This document shows, in pieces, positions 1 to 12,274 of a stretch of DNA of 64,000 bases. The stretch spans positions 3,038,001 through 3,102,000 of the forward strand of contig CM030334.1 of NCBI GenBank assembly GCA_017654855.1. The letters run 5' to 3'. Position numbers and translations under genes: made by a program. This DNA is from Podospora anserina (taxonomy: Eukaryota). The first letter of the stretch is position 1; the number at the start of each line of letters is the position of its first letter. The notes beneath the pieces were generated by a model. The model had not been told where the DNA came from. It saw only the letters and a list, made by a program, of their open reading frames with translations, and made no database searches.

Positions 1-3000
1 ACTGCGTGTTGTGTGTGTGCTATGCCTCTCTTGAAGGAGCTGACAATACTACCCAGGCACCACACCTAACCCTCGACGACATCTGGCTGCCAAATTTCAC
101 CTGCAGCCATGCCACACGACCACGCAACCACAAGGGCGATGAAACCCCCAACCAGCGGCCTACATAGGTACGGGGGGGGGGGTTACCCGGAACAGTCGGG
201 TCCTAGGTGGAGAGACGAACCCAATGGAGCTATCAGTTGAGCTTCTGCTGTGCCTTCTGGCCGAAATGCAATGCATCGCGATACCATGTGCAGAATGTAG
301 TGTAGTTTAGACCGTTCTACCCCGCGACCGGAATCTGTGGACTGGCTGCAAGGTAACGATTTGACACGGGCGGTCCATGCCCAGCTATTCCCTTATTCCC
401 TCGGGGAATGACGGCCGTGCTGCCTCCCAGCTCTGTATATCGTCTGTGTCGCTGTGGCTCTCTAGTGTTGGCCGCTCTTAGACCTTCCACGCTCGTGTGT
501 GGCCTATCTAGCGGACCGCCGCGTACCTGACATGGTCGTGTATGCTGTCCCACCCGAAGCTTTAAAGTGCGTGCAGGTCCTTCCAGGAACACAGAGGCGA
601 ACAGACGAACCAATGCGTGAGCTAGCTCCCGTTGGTTCACCGTCCTGCTGGAAGCCCCCCCGCGGGGCGACTCGTGCTGCTTGCTGAGACACCACGAGCA
701 CGAGAAAAAAGGGCTTGGGTTCGGCGTTGGTTGTTGCGTAACGATGCCACATTCAACATCCAAAACCAGTGGCTTTTTGTCCCCATTGCTTATTATCCGG
801 CTGGGGTGGCCGGCATCCTCCGTTGTCTTGAAATTTGATGTCCAAGTCGGGATGATCAGATAGAGTAGCTATCAGTGCTTTGTAAGAAGAATGATACACA
901 CCTACATCCAATTAATTTCCCTTTACATGACTACTGCAGTCTGATCAACTCGGAGGTTTTTGATAGCTGCAAGGAGCTGCTCGTCGATGATAGGTAATCA
1001 TAGTGGCCGTTTTAAACTTTTTGGCTTAACAAGAAAGAATCGAGATTGATATTCAAAAGTGTCCAGGCGGGAAGGGAAGAGAGAGCTTTGACCACCTCCC
1101 CACTTCATCGCGGGGCAGCAGATGGGTTCCACTTAGTTCCAGGTCTTTGCCACAAGGGTCTCTCTTCGACTTGATGCTCCCAGATATCAATCATATTGAG
1201 TATTGAATTGGCACACGGATGGGAATTAGACACCCAGCTGCGACTCACAGGCCTTGTCGTGACATTGCGTATCGCAATTTTACTCGAATGCACGAAATGG
1301 CAAATCCCATCGCGGCATGGCCACTACGACAACCGCAACCACACAACGTCGTGATCGGTTGGTGTCCAGGCTTTGTCATCATGGCTCCCGGACTCGAAAC
1401 TCTCGAGTTGCTCAACGTGAGTTATGCCTCCCGTCATTGGCTTTTGCATCTGTCTCTTGACTGCCAGATCTCGCAGCATAATTGTGCATTGCCCTACACA
1501 CCGACAGGTGTATGGGCTACAGATGCCCATGCCCCCCTCACCTCGATCCCGATCCAACAGGAGTTGTCGTTGACCCCTGCCTCGACAATGGGATTGTGAC
1601 GAGCTCTCATCACGAGTTCGTTTCGATATTAGCAGCCACCACCCACCACGTCTCTGATCAAAATGTTTGCCCGTTTTGATTCAGGCACAGCAGACCAGTT
1701 CAAGCTGGCTTCACCGCTCGTCTGTCTCACCTTTCTGGCCCTCTGAGTAGATGCGTAATGGGTGCAGCTCCCCGCGAAACAGTCCCGACGGCGTGAGACA
1801 ACTCTCGCTCTGGCCTTCGTCTCCGAGACCTGCTTGCTGCTGGTCGCCGCCGACAACGCCGCCGAAACGCCTCCAGCTGCCGGCCTTCGAGAAACCCTAG
1901 CGAAAAGCAGTTTGTGGCATACAACGTCTTTTTCATTGGCCGCGTCCTTGCCACACCATGCCGGAGCATCACACCCTCCTTTCTCACTGGCAAAAGCTTC
2001 TTAGCCTGCCAAGTCTGGTGACAAGAAGGTCGTCACACTGGCGCGCTTGATCACGGGCTTGCCGCGATTCTCGCTTTTTTTGGGATATCAGCATCTGGAA
2101 GGATTTCTCACTAGCCGGGAATAGTTACGACTTTGGTCTCAGGGAACAGTTTCTTACAGCTCATATTTTTCCCTTATGTCGCCGGCCCCGAGACATTGTC
2201 CCACAGCAAATGTCTCTTGCTCTTCCATATTTCCTTCTATCAGCGATCGTCGATCGTAGTGTAGAGATTCCATTTGCTTTCAAGAGGCCGTCGACGTCGA
2301 TACAAGCGTGTCCCTACCAAAAAGCCAAGGATCATGGATCGGGTAAGACATCTCCTAAAATGCTTGTCAACAAGGGCAAGCGAGCGGCGCCGGGTGCTTT
2401 TTGCGGGCGGACGGACGGGATGCTCGAGGGCCCTTGCCCGATGATGATCTCCCCCGCCGTCGTCCGCTCTCCCGCCTGTGCCGCCGATGAGATGTAATCC
2501 CTGTTCATATAACTCTTTTCAGGCCTGCTAGCCTCGAGAGCTGAACGAAAAGGCAGGACTGGAGGACACCAAGGGATTGCTCTCAAGTAAGGCCAACTTT
2601 GTCGCCAAACTTTATCATCACGCCCCAAAAACTGGCTTGCCGATCACCAACTTTTTTTGCCTTGTTTGGCGTGCTGACCTGAGCCGTGACTTGACCAACA
2701 AGCGGGCCGTCACCTTTTTTTTGTTTCCGAACCCTGGACTATCAATCACGCGCTAGGGGGGGGTTGGCGAAGGGTTGAGGTCTCGGATCACATGGGACAT
2801 CACATTTGCTATTTGCAATTCACACATGGGGGGACGGGGATGAAAGTTCCTTGTTTTAAAATCTTACATTTGGCGTTGGTGAGGTGACGAACAGCCTTGT
2901 TATTGGGGTTGATTTTTGAGCCTTGTCGTCAGTTTGAGAAGCGTGGCTTATATGGACGCTGGCTGTGGTTGATAGATAGCCTCGCCAGATAGCCTTACAT

Positions 3001-3787
3001 GTTTTCTTTGTCGAGGCGATGGACTTTTAGGCGAGTATTGATGTTGACTACTCGAATCAGCTGCTTCCTACCCTTACATTAATCGCCAATACTTTAGGTG
3101 CCTATGGCCGCCGTTCGTGATAGATATGAGATTGAGCAGGGAGCATATAGACGTCAGTTATATATATGCCTTCCAAGCTAACAGGCAATGCGCTATAACA
3201 CAGCCTTGATCAATCTCTGAAGAGTAAGCTTTCAAGTAAAATCTTCGAGCAATTCCCACTTGTCGTTGACATTCCACAGATGGGGTATATGATGTCCCTA
3301 CTTAAACAAACGAATAGATGTGCAGCTCTCAAACTTTGACTCGCATATGCCATCCTGATAAGAAGCTCCAGCCTCAGTTGAGTTTGGTATAAACAGAACG
3401 GTGCTATTATTTTCTCTTGTTCCTGCCGCGGTAAGGTAGGGAGGTTACCTTGGTCTTGGGCGTCAGAGAGGGACTTAAAACCCCGGTTGCCTATTTTCTT
3501 CACATATTTGAACCGAGTATATAGCTTCAGGAATGCCATTCGCTGGCTGCTCCAAAACAGGTGTTTTCTTCATAATTTTGAAGCGCCCACTTTTGAGTCA
3601 CCTGGTAATTAGCGTGAGGATGCAGAGAAGTAGAGAGAGAAAACGAGCTATGTTGGGATTACTTGAGAGCCAGTTACCCACCAACTTATGTCTCCGTAGC
3701 TTGGAGAGAACTGATACACTGTAACTTGGTCCCTTGTGTCTTCACTCCTCAGCAGACAACTCCCGTTCAGAAAAACACACCACCCAA

Positions 3788-6314
3788 TCAATAAAGACAA
3801 ATCTCCCTCTCCTCCGCCACCGTCTCAAACAGCTCCGCCAAAAGCTTGTTAGATCCCACAACATTTGCCGTGAACACACCCACACGATAGAAACCCGAGG
3901 AGCCACCACCGCCCGGCACAGGATGCAACACCAAACCGGTCGGCTTATGCAAGACAGGTTCATCGCCCTCACCAACAGGGCGACGACCGTCAACCTCGGT
4001 ACCACCAACATCATAGTACCCCAGCAACCCCAAACAACACGACGACCGCAGCAGCATCTCAAGAACACTCTCTTCATACTCCCGCATGACACCAAACCGG
4101 TCTCCCACCTCAGGATCAAAAATCGGAGACGCAAAATCGACATTAACCAGACAAACCGCCTGTCTGTCCCCACGTACTAGCAACTGAAAACTCGAGCGCA
4201 GGCTGCGATCTAACCTCACAGAACATATCGTCAGCGAAGCCGCCAAAACTGCCACTTCTACGACCCGGGTTCTGAGCAACAGATGCGGATGCCGTTGAAT
4301 ATAACCAAACGGGCTTTCCCCCAAAGGTTTCGTTCTCGCGTTCAGTATACTCGCTGCTGGCTGAAGGTTCCAGTAGTCTGGAGGGCTGGAGCAAAAGATA
4401 TTCCAAGTTTTCCCTCGCGTCAGCTGGCTCCACGAGGGTATACGCTGCTGCTGTGACAAGCCGCGTAGTCTCTTGAGAAGGCTCTGTAACCGAGCCCGAG
4501 GGTGTGCCATAGCAGCACTGTCGATTGTCACACCATGGGAACAACTCCTGATTTGCCAGAGCAGGCTTCGAGTGAGGTCTTGCTGCCAGTAACCAGCAAT
4601 GTACTCTGGGTTCAACCTGATGGATGATGCTTGACTCGACGAGCTTTTTGCAAGATACCGATGATACACTGCTGCTAAACCCGAAATGGCGGGAAGAACG
4701 TCGTGCGGGTTAGTGAAGGAGTCGGTCGACATCTCCCCATACTTCTGTATCAGGTACAGCCACAAGTTAAGTAATTCAACTCGACTGCTTTGGCCATTCG
4801 GCCTCTCTACGTGGAACGACGCTTCCCTTGCGAGTTGCTGTTGCATAAATGGACCTCCAACGGTATCTAGTGACAGCCTGTCCCCAGATATAGTGCAATA
4901 ACCCTGCGGCACATCGGTCGAAGGGGGACAAGCAAACTGCAAATGATCCCTCCAAAAAAGAAGTTTGCGCTGAGACGAAACTCTTTCTTGGAATACCCAA
5001 CCTCGATTTGGCCAAACATGGCCAAACCAACGAAAATATCCGAAGCCATGCAAGGGGTTCACATGTTTCTCGATCATACTTTCCGTCCCTGCTATGTCAA
5101 GCCGTAGGCTGAAGTAGCCAGCGACCTCATTATTTGTCGACCGAAAGGGTATGGAGGCTTGGTACTGATGGGACTCCATCAGCCCATCAACACAGCTCTT
5201 TGAGGATGCAGCACATAATGTTATGTGTGCATTCCCGTAGACTTTGTGCATATCACCACATTGTTGTTCCCAGTCAGCTGTATCATCCTGCAGTATACAA
5301 AGCGCGTCCACCCAGAGATAGGGCAAGGCAAGCGCCCTGGTGACACGAACTGCATCTCTCACCGTAAGAGGCAATTTCTCAAGCTCAACCTTTTGAAGCC
5401 TGTATGCCAAAGTATCTTGCGTCAGTGTATGCTGTTGGCTTGCAATCTCTGGGGGGCCCCAGCAATAACTAAGTGCCGCGTACTGTGGCACTTGGTCCGA
5501 GGATGCAAAGACTCTCTCTCTTGAGACCAGTCTTGCTGGCTCAGCTCGCACATCAAGAAGTCGTTTGGGAACAAATCTCGGATCGACGAGTGTATGGTTG
5601 TCTTCCTTTGGGAGCATGTCCTTGATCCGGGACAGCGACTGAGGGTCTCCAAATCGCTCTGGCAAGCGAAGATAGGCGGCAACAGGCTGGTTGTCTATCA
5701 CTTTTTTAGCTGAGAATACTTAATACTCGTGGTCATACGCATAACGAACCTTTGGCTGCTTCTGCCACCCACGTCATAAAGAAAGGTTCCCTGAACAACC
5801 CTAGCTCGGAGTGCCCTAACTGCTTGAATATGGTAACCCTCAGCTGAACGGCAAGCCGAGTACAGTTCCCTCGAAACCACGAGTAATATGCTCGGATTAT
5901 GAGTAGTGAAGGGTCCAAACCATGGCGATCTTGGTCATTCTTTGAATCCGGACCTTCCCTGACACCTCGGAGCAAGTGGGCGTACTGAACCAAAAGCGCA
6001 TCCCTTAACTTTTTGCAAAAGTCACATTTGAAAGAAGAGTCCCTAAGAGTGGGTAGAGTCGGTAGAGTATCAGACAGGAAGTATGCCGTCGTGGCAAGCA
6101 CATCGAATTCACCCTTACTGATGTTTGGGCCAACCCTGCACCACCCCATCCGGCCTGGTCGCGATGCGAGTAGTTCATCAAGGTCCAACGCCAGCTTTGG
6201 GGAACGTTCCACGAACTCTTCTTTGAAGGTCAATAGGCTGCATCTCGAGCAAATGTGAGAGGGTTCGCGAGGTGGTGATTTGAGCGTTGGTGATCCAGGT
6301 CCGGAAGTCGTCAT
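3788..6314 (-). CDS. HET-domain (heterokaryon incompatibility, PF06985-type) protein, 2 exons
   Basis: The ORF has HET hallmarks PKRLLDV, YAALSYCWG, LP.TVRDAV.VTRAL...YLWVDALCILQDD..DW, M.KVYGNA.ITLCA and RGWVFQER. Exon 1 (ATG 6314 to 5750, with CSRC/CDFC pairs) joins exon 2 in frame through a GTTCGT...AG intron at 5749-5701; an alternative in-frame acceptor lies at 5710. Confidence 0.9.
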
Positions 6315-7164
6315 GGTGCATGTGCGCTCTTGAGTTTGCACAGTTGGTTGATGAACAGACTGGTAGATAGAGACAGAGCGATGATTGAATATGGGCAACT
6401 TTGTAATATAACCGTGGGCGGGATTTCGAGAAGACTTTTAGGAGAATGTGGTTGAAAGAGAGGGCATCAGATTCCCAACGAGAAGCCAAGCCAATAGCGG
6501 CTGAGCCTGCAGCCTCGCTCTGAGGGCAGGCGCTGTCTGCTCAGGTGGTTGCTCCTACCTAGTTTATTGACGTTCCGCCCGCAACTGCCATTAACTTCTG
6601 TAAATTCTCTATGAGGCAAGCACGGTAGAAGACCTTAAGCAGGAGCTACTCTCACTTCATCGATGTTACCTTCCAAGTTCGAAAGATACTTACAGGTAGG
6701 AGACGTGAATGCAATATCACCAGTCATGCCTAACACCATCGCCAGAGTGCCTTTCAATAGAAGCACTTCAAGTACAAATCGTTCTCCTCGGCCGATCTCA
6801 TTTGCTGCTGTGGAGGATGGACTCCCTCATAGCACATACTGGTATCTCAATCCGGAGGGAGATAACTCAGATTCACGCATCTCCATCACTCGGATCCGCC
6901 CTGGTAGATAACCATTGTTAGCATAATCCGTGCCCCCTTCTCTCTCTCCCCCTCACAAACACAGCATCTCAAAACACACGTAAACTCAAACTCCCATGGT
7001 ACACGCCTTCCTTCCCCATGCAGCTGGCACCCAGCGACCTGCCTCAAGAACGACTGGCGGTTGACAGTCAACAGACTATCCATGATCTACTACATGATGC
7101 CGAATATCTTCAAGACTCTATCCAACTGCAAAAAAAGAAAAAAAAGGTATAGTCCTGATCAAAA

Positions 7165-7283
7165 ACATACAACACCGGGGATTCCCCAGTGGTCACCCAC
7201 CTGAGTACTAGTCCAGCTGTGCGCAGCTTATCTAGGGGAGAGCGGACGGGATCCCGAGCTTTCTGCGCCATATGGTCGTATGT
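7165..7283 (-). rRNA. 5S rRNA gene (dispersed copy 1)
   Basis: The minus strand reads ACATACGACCATA...CCCGTCCGCTC...AGTACTCAGGTGGGTGACCACTGGGGAATCCCCGGTGTTGTATGT (119 nt), followed by a T-run Pol III terminator. The 5' and 3' ends pair. Confidence 0.95.
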
Positions 7284-7390
7284 GATTGTTTGGGCAAGTA
7301 CTTGACATCAAGTACCATAGTCCAACAGGCTGGCCACAAGTAAAAGCCCAGTGCTATATCTTCCCACAATATCCCCTCCCCTACCAACCC

Positions 7391-8157
7391 TCACCCCCGC
7401 CTCTCCATCAAACCCCCAACCCTCTCCCTCCCACCCAACTCCCAATCATCCCAACACAACCCCAAAACAACCGTATCCCTCCCTTTCTCCCCCTCCTCCG
7501 CCCCCCTCGGCACCCCCCTCCCATTCCCAACCTTTGTCTCCCCCCTCAAAACCATATGCCACCTCATCACCCCCTCCCTCCTAAACCCCAACCTCTCAGC
7601 CGTCCTAACACTAGCTTCATTCATTGCGCTAGCCCTCCACTGCACCCTCCTCAACCCTATGCCCCCCTCTTCAGGCCCGTCAAGTGCGTAACGCAGCATC
7701 AACCCGACAGCATTAGTGGTAACATGTGTCCTCTGATACTGAGGTAAAATAACGATACATCCAATCTCAGTAGATAAATGCACAGGCGAGGTGTCCATGA
7801 AGGACATCATACCCGCTAGTTCGCCTTCTTCATCTTCCGGGGAGGGGGGCCGGGTTTTATCGATGACGGCAAAAGTGAAGTACCCTTGTTGAGGGAAGGA
7901 GGTTGTCTCGAGGAATTGGGTGATGAACTCGGACGTGGAGGTGTAGGGACCCAAGGGCATGTGGGCGTAGAGGGAGGGGTGCGTGATGATGTGGGATGTG
8001 AAGGTTGGGGCGTGGGTTGAGGCCTGGGATGGGGTCAGTGTAGGTTTGGTGAGCGGGAGTAAAAGAAAAGGGAGAGACCAACAGAGAAAGGGACCAGTTT
8101 CACCCTGTCGTTGGAGAGGGTGCGGATGGGGAAGCAGAAGTTGTGGGGTTGAGACAT
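7391..8157 (-). CDS. GNAT acetyltransferase, RimJ/RimL (Acetyltransf_3) family, 2 exons
   Basis: Motifs EIGCIVILPQYQRTHV, GLRRVQW, N.AS.R.AERLGF..EG..RW and RDT. Exon 1 is 8157-8083 (MSQPHNFCFP...), and the intron at 8082-8024 (GTTGGT...CTGAC...CAG) is phase 0. Confidence 0.9.
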
Positions 8158-9704
8158 GGCAATGGGGGGAATCGCTGTTGCTGTGGTGTGTTGAAGGTAT
8201 GGCTATGTAGAGAGGAGATAGTTGTAGAGTTCTGCGTGGCTGATCGTCAGATCATAAGGATGCAGCACCGAGGTGCCAACCCCTAGACAATTCCGGTGAG
8301 TGACTCACGGCTTATCTAGGAAGGCGTCATCAGCTCTCCCCAAGACAATCCGGGGGATGGCTATGGGAGAGCGATGCGCAAGGCTGAAAGGAAAAGTCCA
8401 ACCCTGTAAGCAGAATCAAGGCATTGTTCAGTAATCACGGTGCAAAGTGAAACTCAAAAGTGTAAAGAATGACCAACCAACTTCCGTTGCGTTGTCGTTG
8501 TTAAGTGCTAACTACTGAAGCTATCTACTTGAAGAGTAATATGCACCACGAAGGGTGAGAAGCCCAAAAAAAAAAACATGAAAAAAAACTAACTAATTGG
8601 GGGGTATCATCATATGCGCCTGCCTTATTCCTTCAAAACCAGCAAAGATAAAAACCAAAAACAGACTGATGGGGTATCTCAAAAACCATAAACCTACAAA
8701 CATACCAGAGACCAATAACAAATGTCTCAGATAATACAAGATCCCCATCTCAAGGTAATAAAAAAAAAACTCCAAGTGATGCTAGATGCCGATGATGATG
8801 ATGATGCAAGGCGCTGATGATGTCGTGTACTGCGAAGCTCTGTGTAAAAATGCCCCCGACAATAAAAAAAAACAAATCCCAAACTTTTTTGTGTTCCCGA
8901 AAATGCCCAAAGTAAATGCTCGCTCGCTTGGTGAACAAAAGAAAAAAGTATTATGTTTCGGATGGAAGCATAGGAGCTGATCCAAATCGAAACGCGGAAG
9001 AGAATGATGATAGCGAAAACGGGTAGTGGCCGATCGCTAATTAGAAGGATATTGGTTATGAAGAAGAAAAATTGTTGTGTGCCGGAATGCGGATGTCCAA
9101 AGTCCCCTCGGCGGGAACCCGTCCGCGCGATGCGATGGTGGTAGACAGAACCACAGGATGTTGTGTGTGTTTTGTGCGACGGGACCAAAGAGGGTTGGTG
9201 ATTGGTCGGCGGGAAGGAAATGTGTAAGTCCGGGTACACCTCGGGTGTTGGGTGTAGAGGGAAGGACGGGCCTCGGAAGAGACGGGTGGATTTCCCGACT
9301 CTGCCACACAAAAAAACCAAGAGCCCAAGACGGGCCGTTTTGTTTTGCCCTCCGACGAAATCCTACTCGGATGGAGTCTGACCGCCGAGGGCCCGCGAAA
9401 CGAGGGAAAAATCCTGCTGTTGCTGCCTCGGCAGAAGAGTCAAGCTCTTTGACCACGTTGCGTCACAAAATGATGGCGGTGACGATGAGATGTGAGTCAA
9501 AATCAGGAAGGGCTGTTATCCAAGGTTAGCGGGCTGTTCCGGCTTGTGTCGGGTAGCGCACTTTGATAAGGGAAAAAAAAAAAAGACTTACCGGTTAAAG
9601 GAGGTTGCAATGGGACCGTCGACACCCAATACCCCATATCCACCACCCACGCCTCGGCACTGGGTTGGTAAGGCAAAATGCCTTGCAGTGAAAGCGACCT
9701 CTCT

Positions 9705-10196
9705 TCACTCGGAGATGGGAGTCATGGCAGTGAGCTTGCTGGACTTGCTCTTCTTGGTGGCGCTAGCCCTGCGCTTGGCCTGCTGCTTCCTCTTCTCCTT
9801 CTCGGCGAGGACGAGGCGCATCACCTCGCGCTGGTAGGCCGCCCTCTCACGTTGCATCTCGAGGAGCTCGGTCTCGGTGGGGTACTGAGTGGGTGGTGAC
9901 TGGATGGGAGAAGCACTGCCGTTGCTGGAAGAGTCGTCCTCGTACATGTCGCTGGCGCCAAGGAGGTCGTCGTCCGAGATGTATGACGAAACCCGTCCCT
10001 CATAAGAATCCTGCTCGCAGAAAGACTCCCGGCGCGGCCATGATGGGAAGGCGCAGGTCGCGTCGAGTCCTCTGGTGGAAAATGGGCTGGCAGCGATATC
10101 CATGGGAGAGGCCATGGTGTGGTAGCTGCCATAGGGGCTGTAGGAGTGCGAGTAGGAGCTGCTCGTCGAGCTCGTTGATCCGTATGAACCGTACAT
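9705..10196 (-). CDS. Ser/Tyr-rich hypothetical protein with C-terminal coiled coil and basic tail
   Basis: ATG at 10196 (MYGSYGS...) with coding-like codon usage. Contains CAFPSWPRR and SSYISDDDL motifs and a Lys/Arg-rich C-terminus. No family recognised. Confidence 0.7.
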   Translation of the reverse strand: MYGSYGSTSSTSSSYSHSYSPYGSYHTMASPMDIAASPFSTRGLDATCAFPSWPRRESFCEQDSYEGRVSSYISDDDLLGASDMYEDDSSSNGSASPIQSPPTQYPTETELLEMQRERAAYQREVMRLVLAEKEKRKQQAKRRASATKKSKSSKLTAMTPISE

Positions 10197-12243
10197 TGTG
10201 AGACTGTTTGATGTATGTGTCGTCGATGGTGACGTAGTAATAGTAGCTAGGCTGGAGTATATCAAGGTGGAGATGATCTTCGACTGATGTTTCTGTTTGT
10301 TGTTGGATAGTGAAGTTATCGTTGGAGCAGATCAGGATCCAGAGGGCCGGAGTGTGAGAATGGGGGGATCATGAGTCTTATATCTACCTCTCGTGGATGA
10401 ACCAGGCATGGGAGGGCGGAAGCAAGGGTGGGTGTCCCAGGAAACAGGATACGTGGGGCAGATTGGGGACTGAGATTCCGTTTGGAGCGAAACAGGCATC
10501 TCGGGCAATGCTTGGATAGGAAAGACAAGTGACAAGTGACAAGGCAAGGGGGTGGTGGCAGGGGGAGGCGGGTTGCGGCGCGCGAAGGTATCTCGGTACG
10601 TACCCAAGTACCCTCCGTTTTTGGGCTCCAAAGACGGAGCTTGAGTGGGATGCTGCCGTCGGGATCGTCCCCGTGTGTGGGCACCCCATGATGAACACTA
10701 AATTAGCCTGCCTGGGGACCCTCGGTCGGGACAGCCACGGCCTCGAGATCCTGCCCAACCGCGGGCCTCCCCCACGCGCATGGACAAACGCTACACACCC
10801 GCGCTGCCGCTACACCTGCACGCAAACTTGCGGTGTCGATTGCATCTTGACCGCTTTGGCTTTTTTGCTCTTCGGCTCCCACCTCCCCTCCGTTTTGTAT
10901 CTGTCATCATGGTGAATGAATCATCGCCGCCGGCTTACACAGCCCTTTTGTTTGTTTCCAGCTCCGAGTCGAACCCTCTATGACTTACGAGATACCACCT
11001 CGGCCGGTTGTATTTGTAAGATCGTGATACTCAGTTTCTCATTACGGGGGGCTCAGCCGACCGGAGCCCAAAAGAAACAAAATCCATCTGTCATCAAACG
11101 AGCCGGTTCCAAAATCCAAAGGGCCGGTTATTCGCAAGGGCCTCACCCTGTCCGGACGAGCTCCCCGGGACAGAGCTGCCAGGGTTAGAGAAGTTTTTTC
11201 ACCTTCTGGCGTCGCGCTCGCGCCTCGGTCCCAGCGGCTTCTCATCTCCTTGCTCCTCGGCTCCGTTCAGGCGGACGGACGGGGGTGGACATTCTTGTCA
11301 ACGTCAACCACCATTCCGGCCCCATTCGCCGCCTTGGCCACTTCTTGTTACGCCGTAATTTTGGTTGTTGTGTGTGGTCTGGGTTTGAGAGACCACCTAG
11401 ACCTTTTTTTCCCCCGCAGACCCCCCTGTTGGGCCTCTGTCTCACCGTCAGCGCCCAAGGCTGCCAGATTTCGCACCTCCCACACCTCCTGCATGAAGTG
11501 AGGTGCCGGCGATGCACCTCGTGGAAGCCTCACCGCTCCCTGAATCCCCTCTTCCGTTTTCATGTAGCAAACGGCGGCTGCGGCGAGCGGTGCGGGCGGC
11601 AGTTGGGCATTTCTCTCAAGATACCCGTCGCTATCCAGAGTATCAGTTGGGAGACGAGAGAAAGCCCTGATATCAAGAAAACACAAACTGCAAGAACAGT
11701 TGGCAATGCTGCTGCATGCGCAAACAACGCATTTATTTTTTCTTTGCCAGTGTGGGCTTTTGTTTTCTGTCATTTTTTGCATCGGGCAGTTTGCTTTTCC
11801 ATCCCTTTTTCATTTCTGTCTCTCCCTTGCAAATGTTTTTGTTTGTGATAGAGGGTTGTCCAGACCACAGTGCAAGTGGCCTATCACGAAACCCCTCATG
11901 GCTATCAACCAACCACCATCAACTACTGAAATTTCAGTCAACAAAAACAAAACTATATTTTTCATGCCTAGCTGATTCACCGATCTGATGGGTCAAGGGC
12001 AAACTCCACATATCTAGCTGTCTATCAAACACGGGCCAAAAACCTTGATTTTCCATATCTCTCAAAAGCCTCTTAGCTACAAAGCGGACTCTCTCCGTTT
12101 CCCCATCTTATCAGTTATCACTTACACGGACGACGACGGGCCTCTCCGTCTGGGGTAAGAGATCGGTCGTGAAAGGGCGGACCCGAAACCCCTCCCCCAC
12201 ACACCACACACACTACACTTTTTGCGATGGAAATGGAAATACC

Positions 12244-12246
<3 letters not shown>

Positions 12247-12274
<28 letters not shown>
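12247..12274. repeat. (AC)n microsatellite, about 14 units
   Basis: Direct reading of the acacac run. Confidence 0.95.

Noticed and set aside
2461-2473. cgtccgctctccc, a 13-nt match to the 5S internal sequence
   Set aside because: No flanking 5S homology, so probably chance.
1-3700. Short ORFs (for example 1219-1599 +, 1629-1993 -, 3210-3539 -) and a loose repeat agacgaacc(c)aatg..gagcta near 213 and 603
   Set aside because: No recognisable motif, codon bias or consistent splice structure, and the repeat is too short and degenerate. A decayed gene cannot be excluded without blastx.
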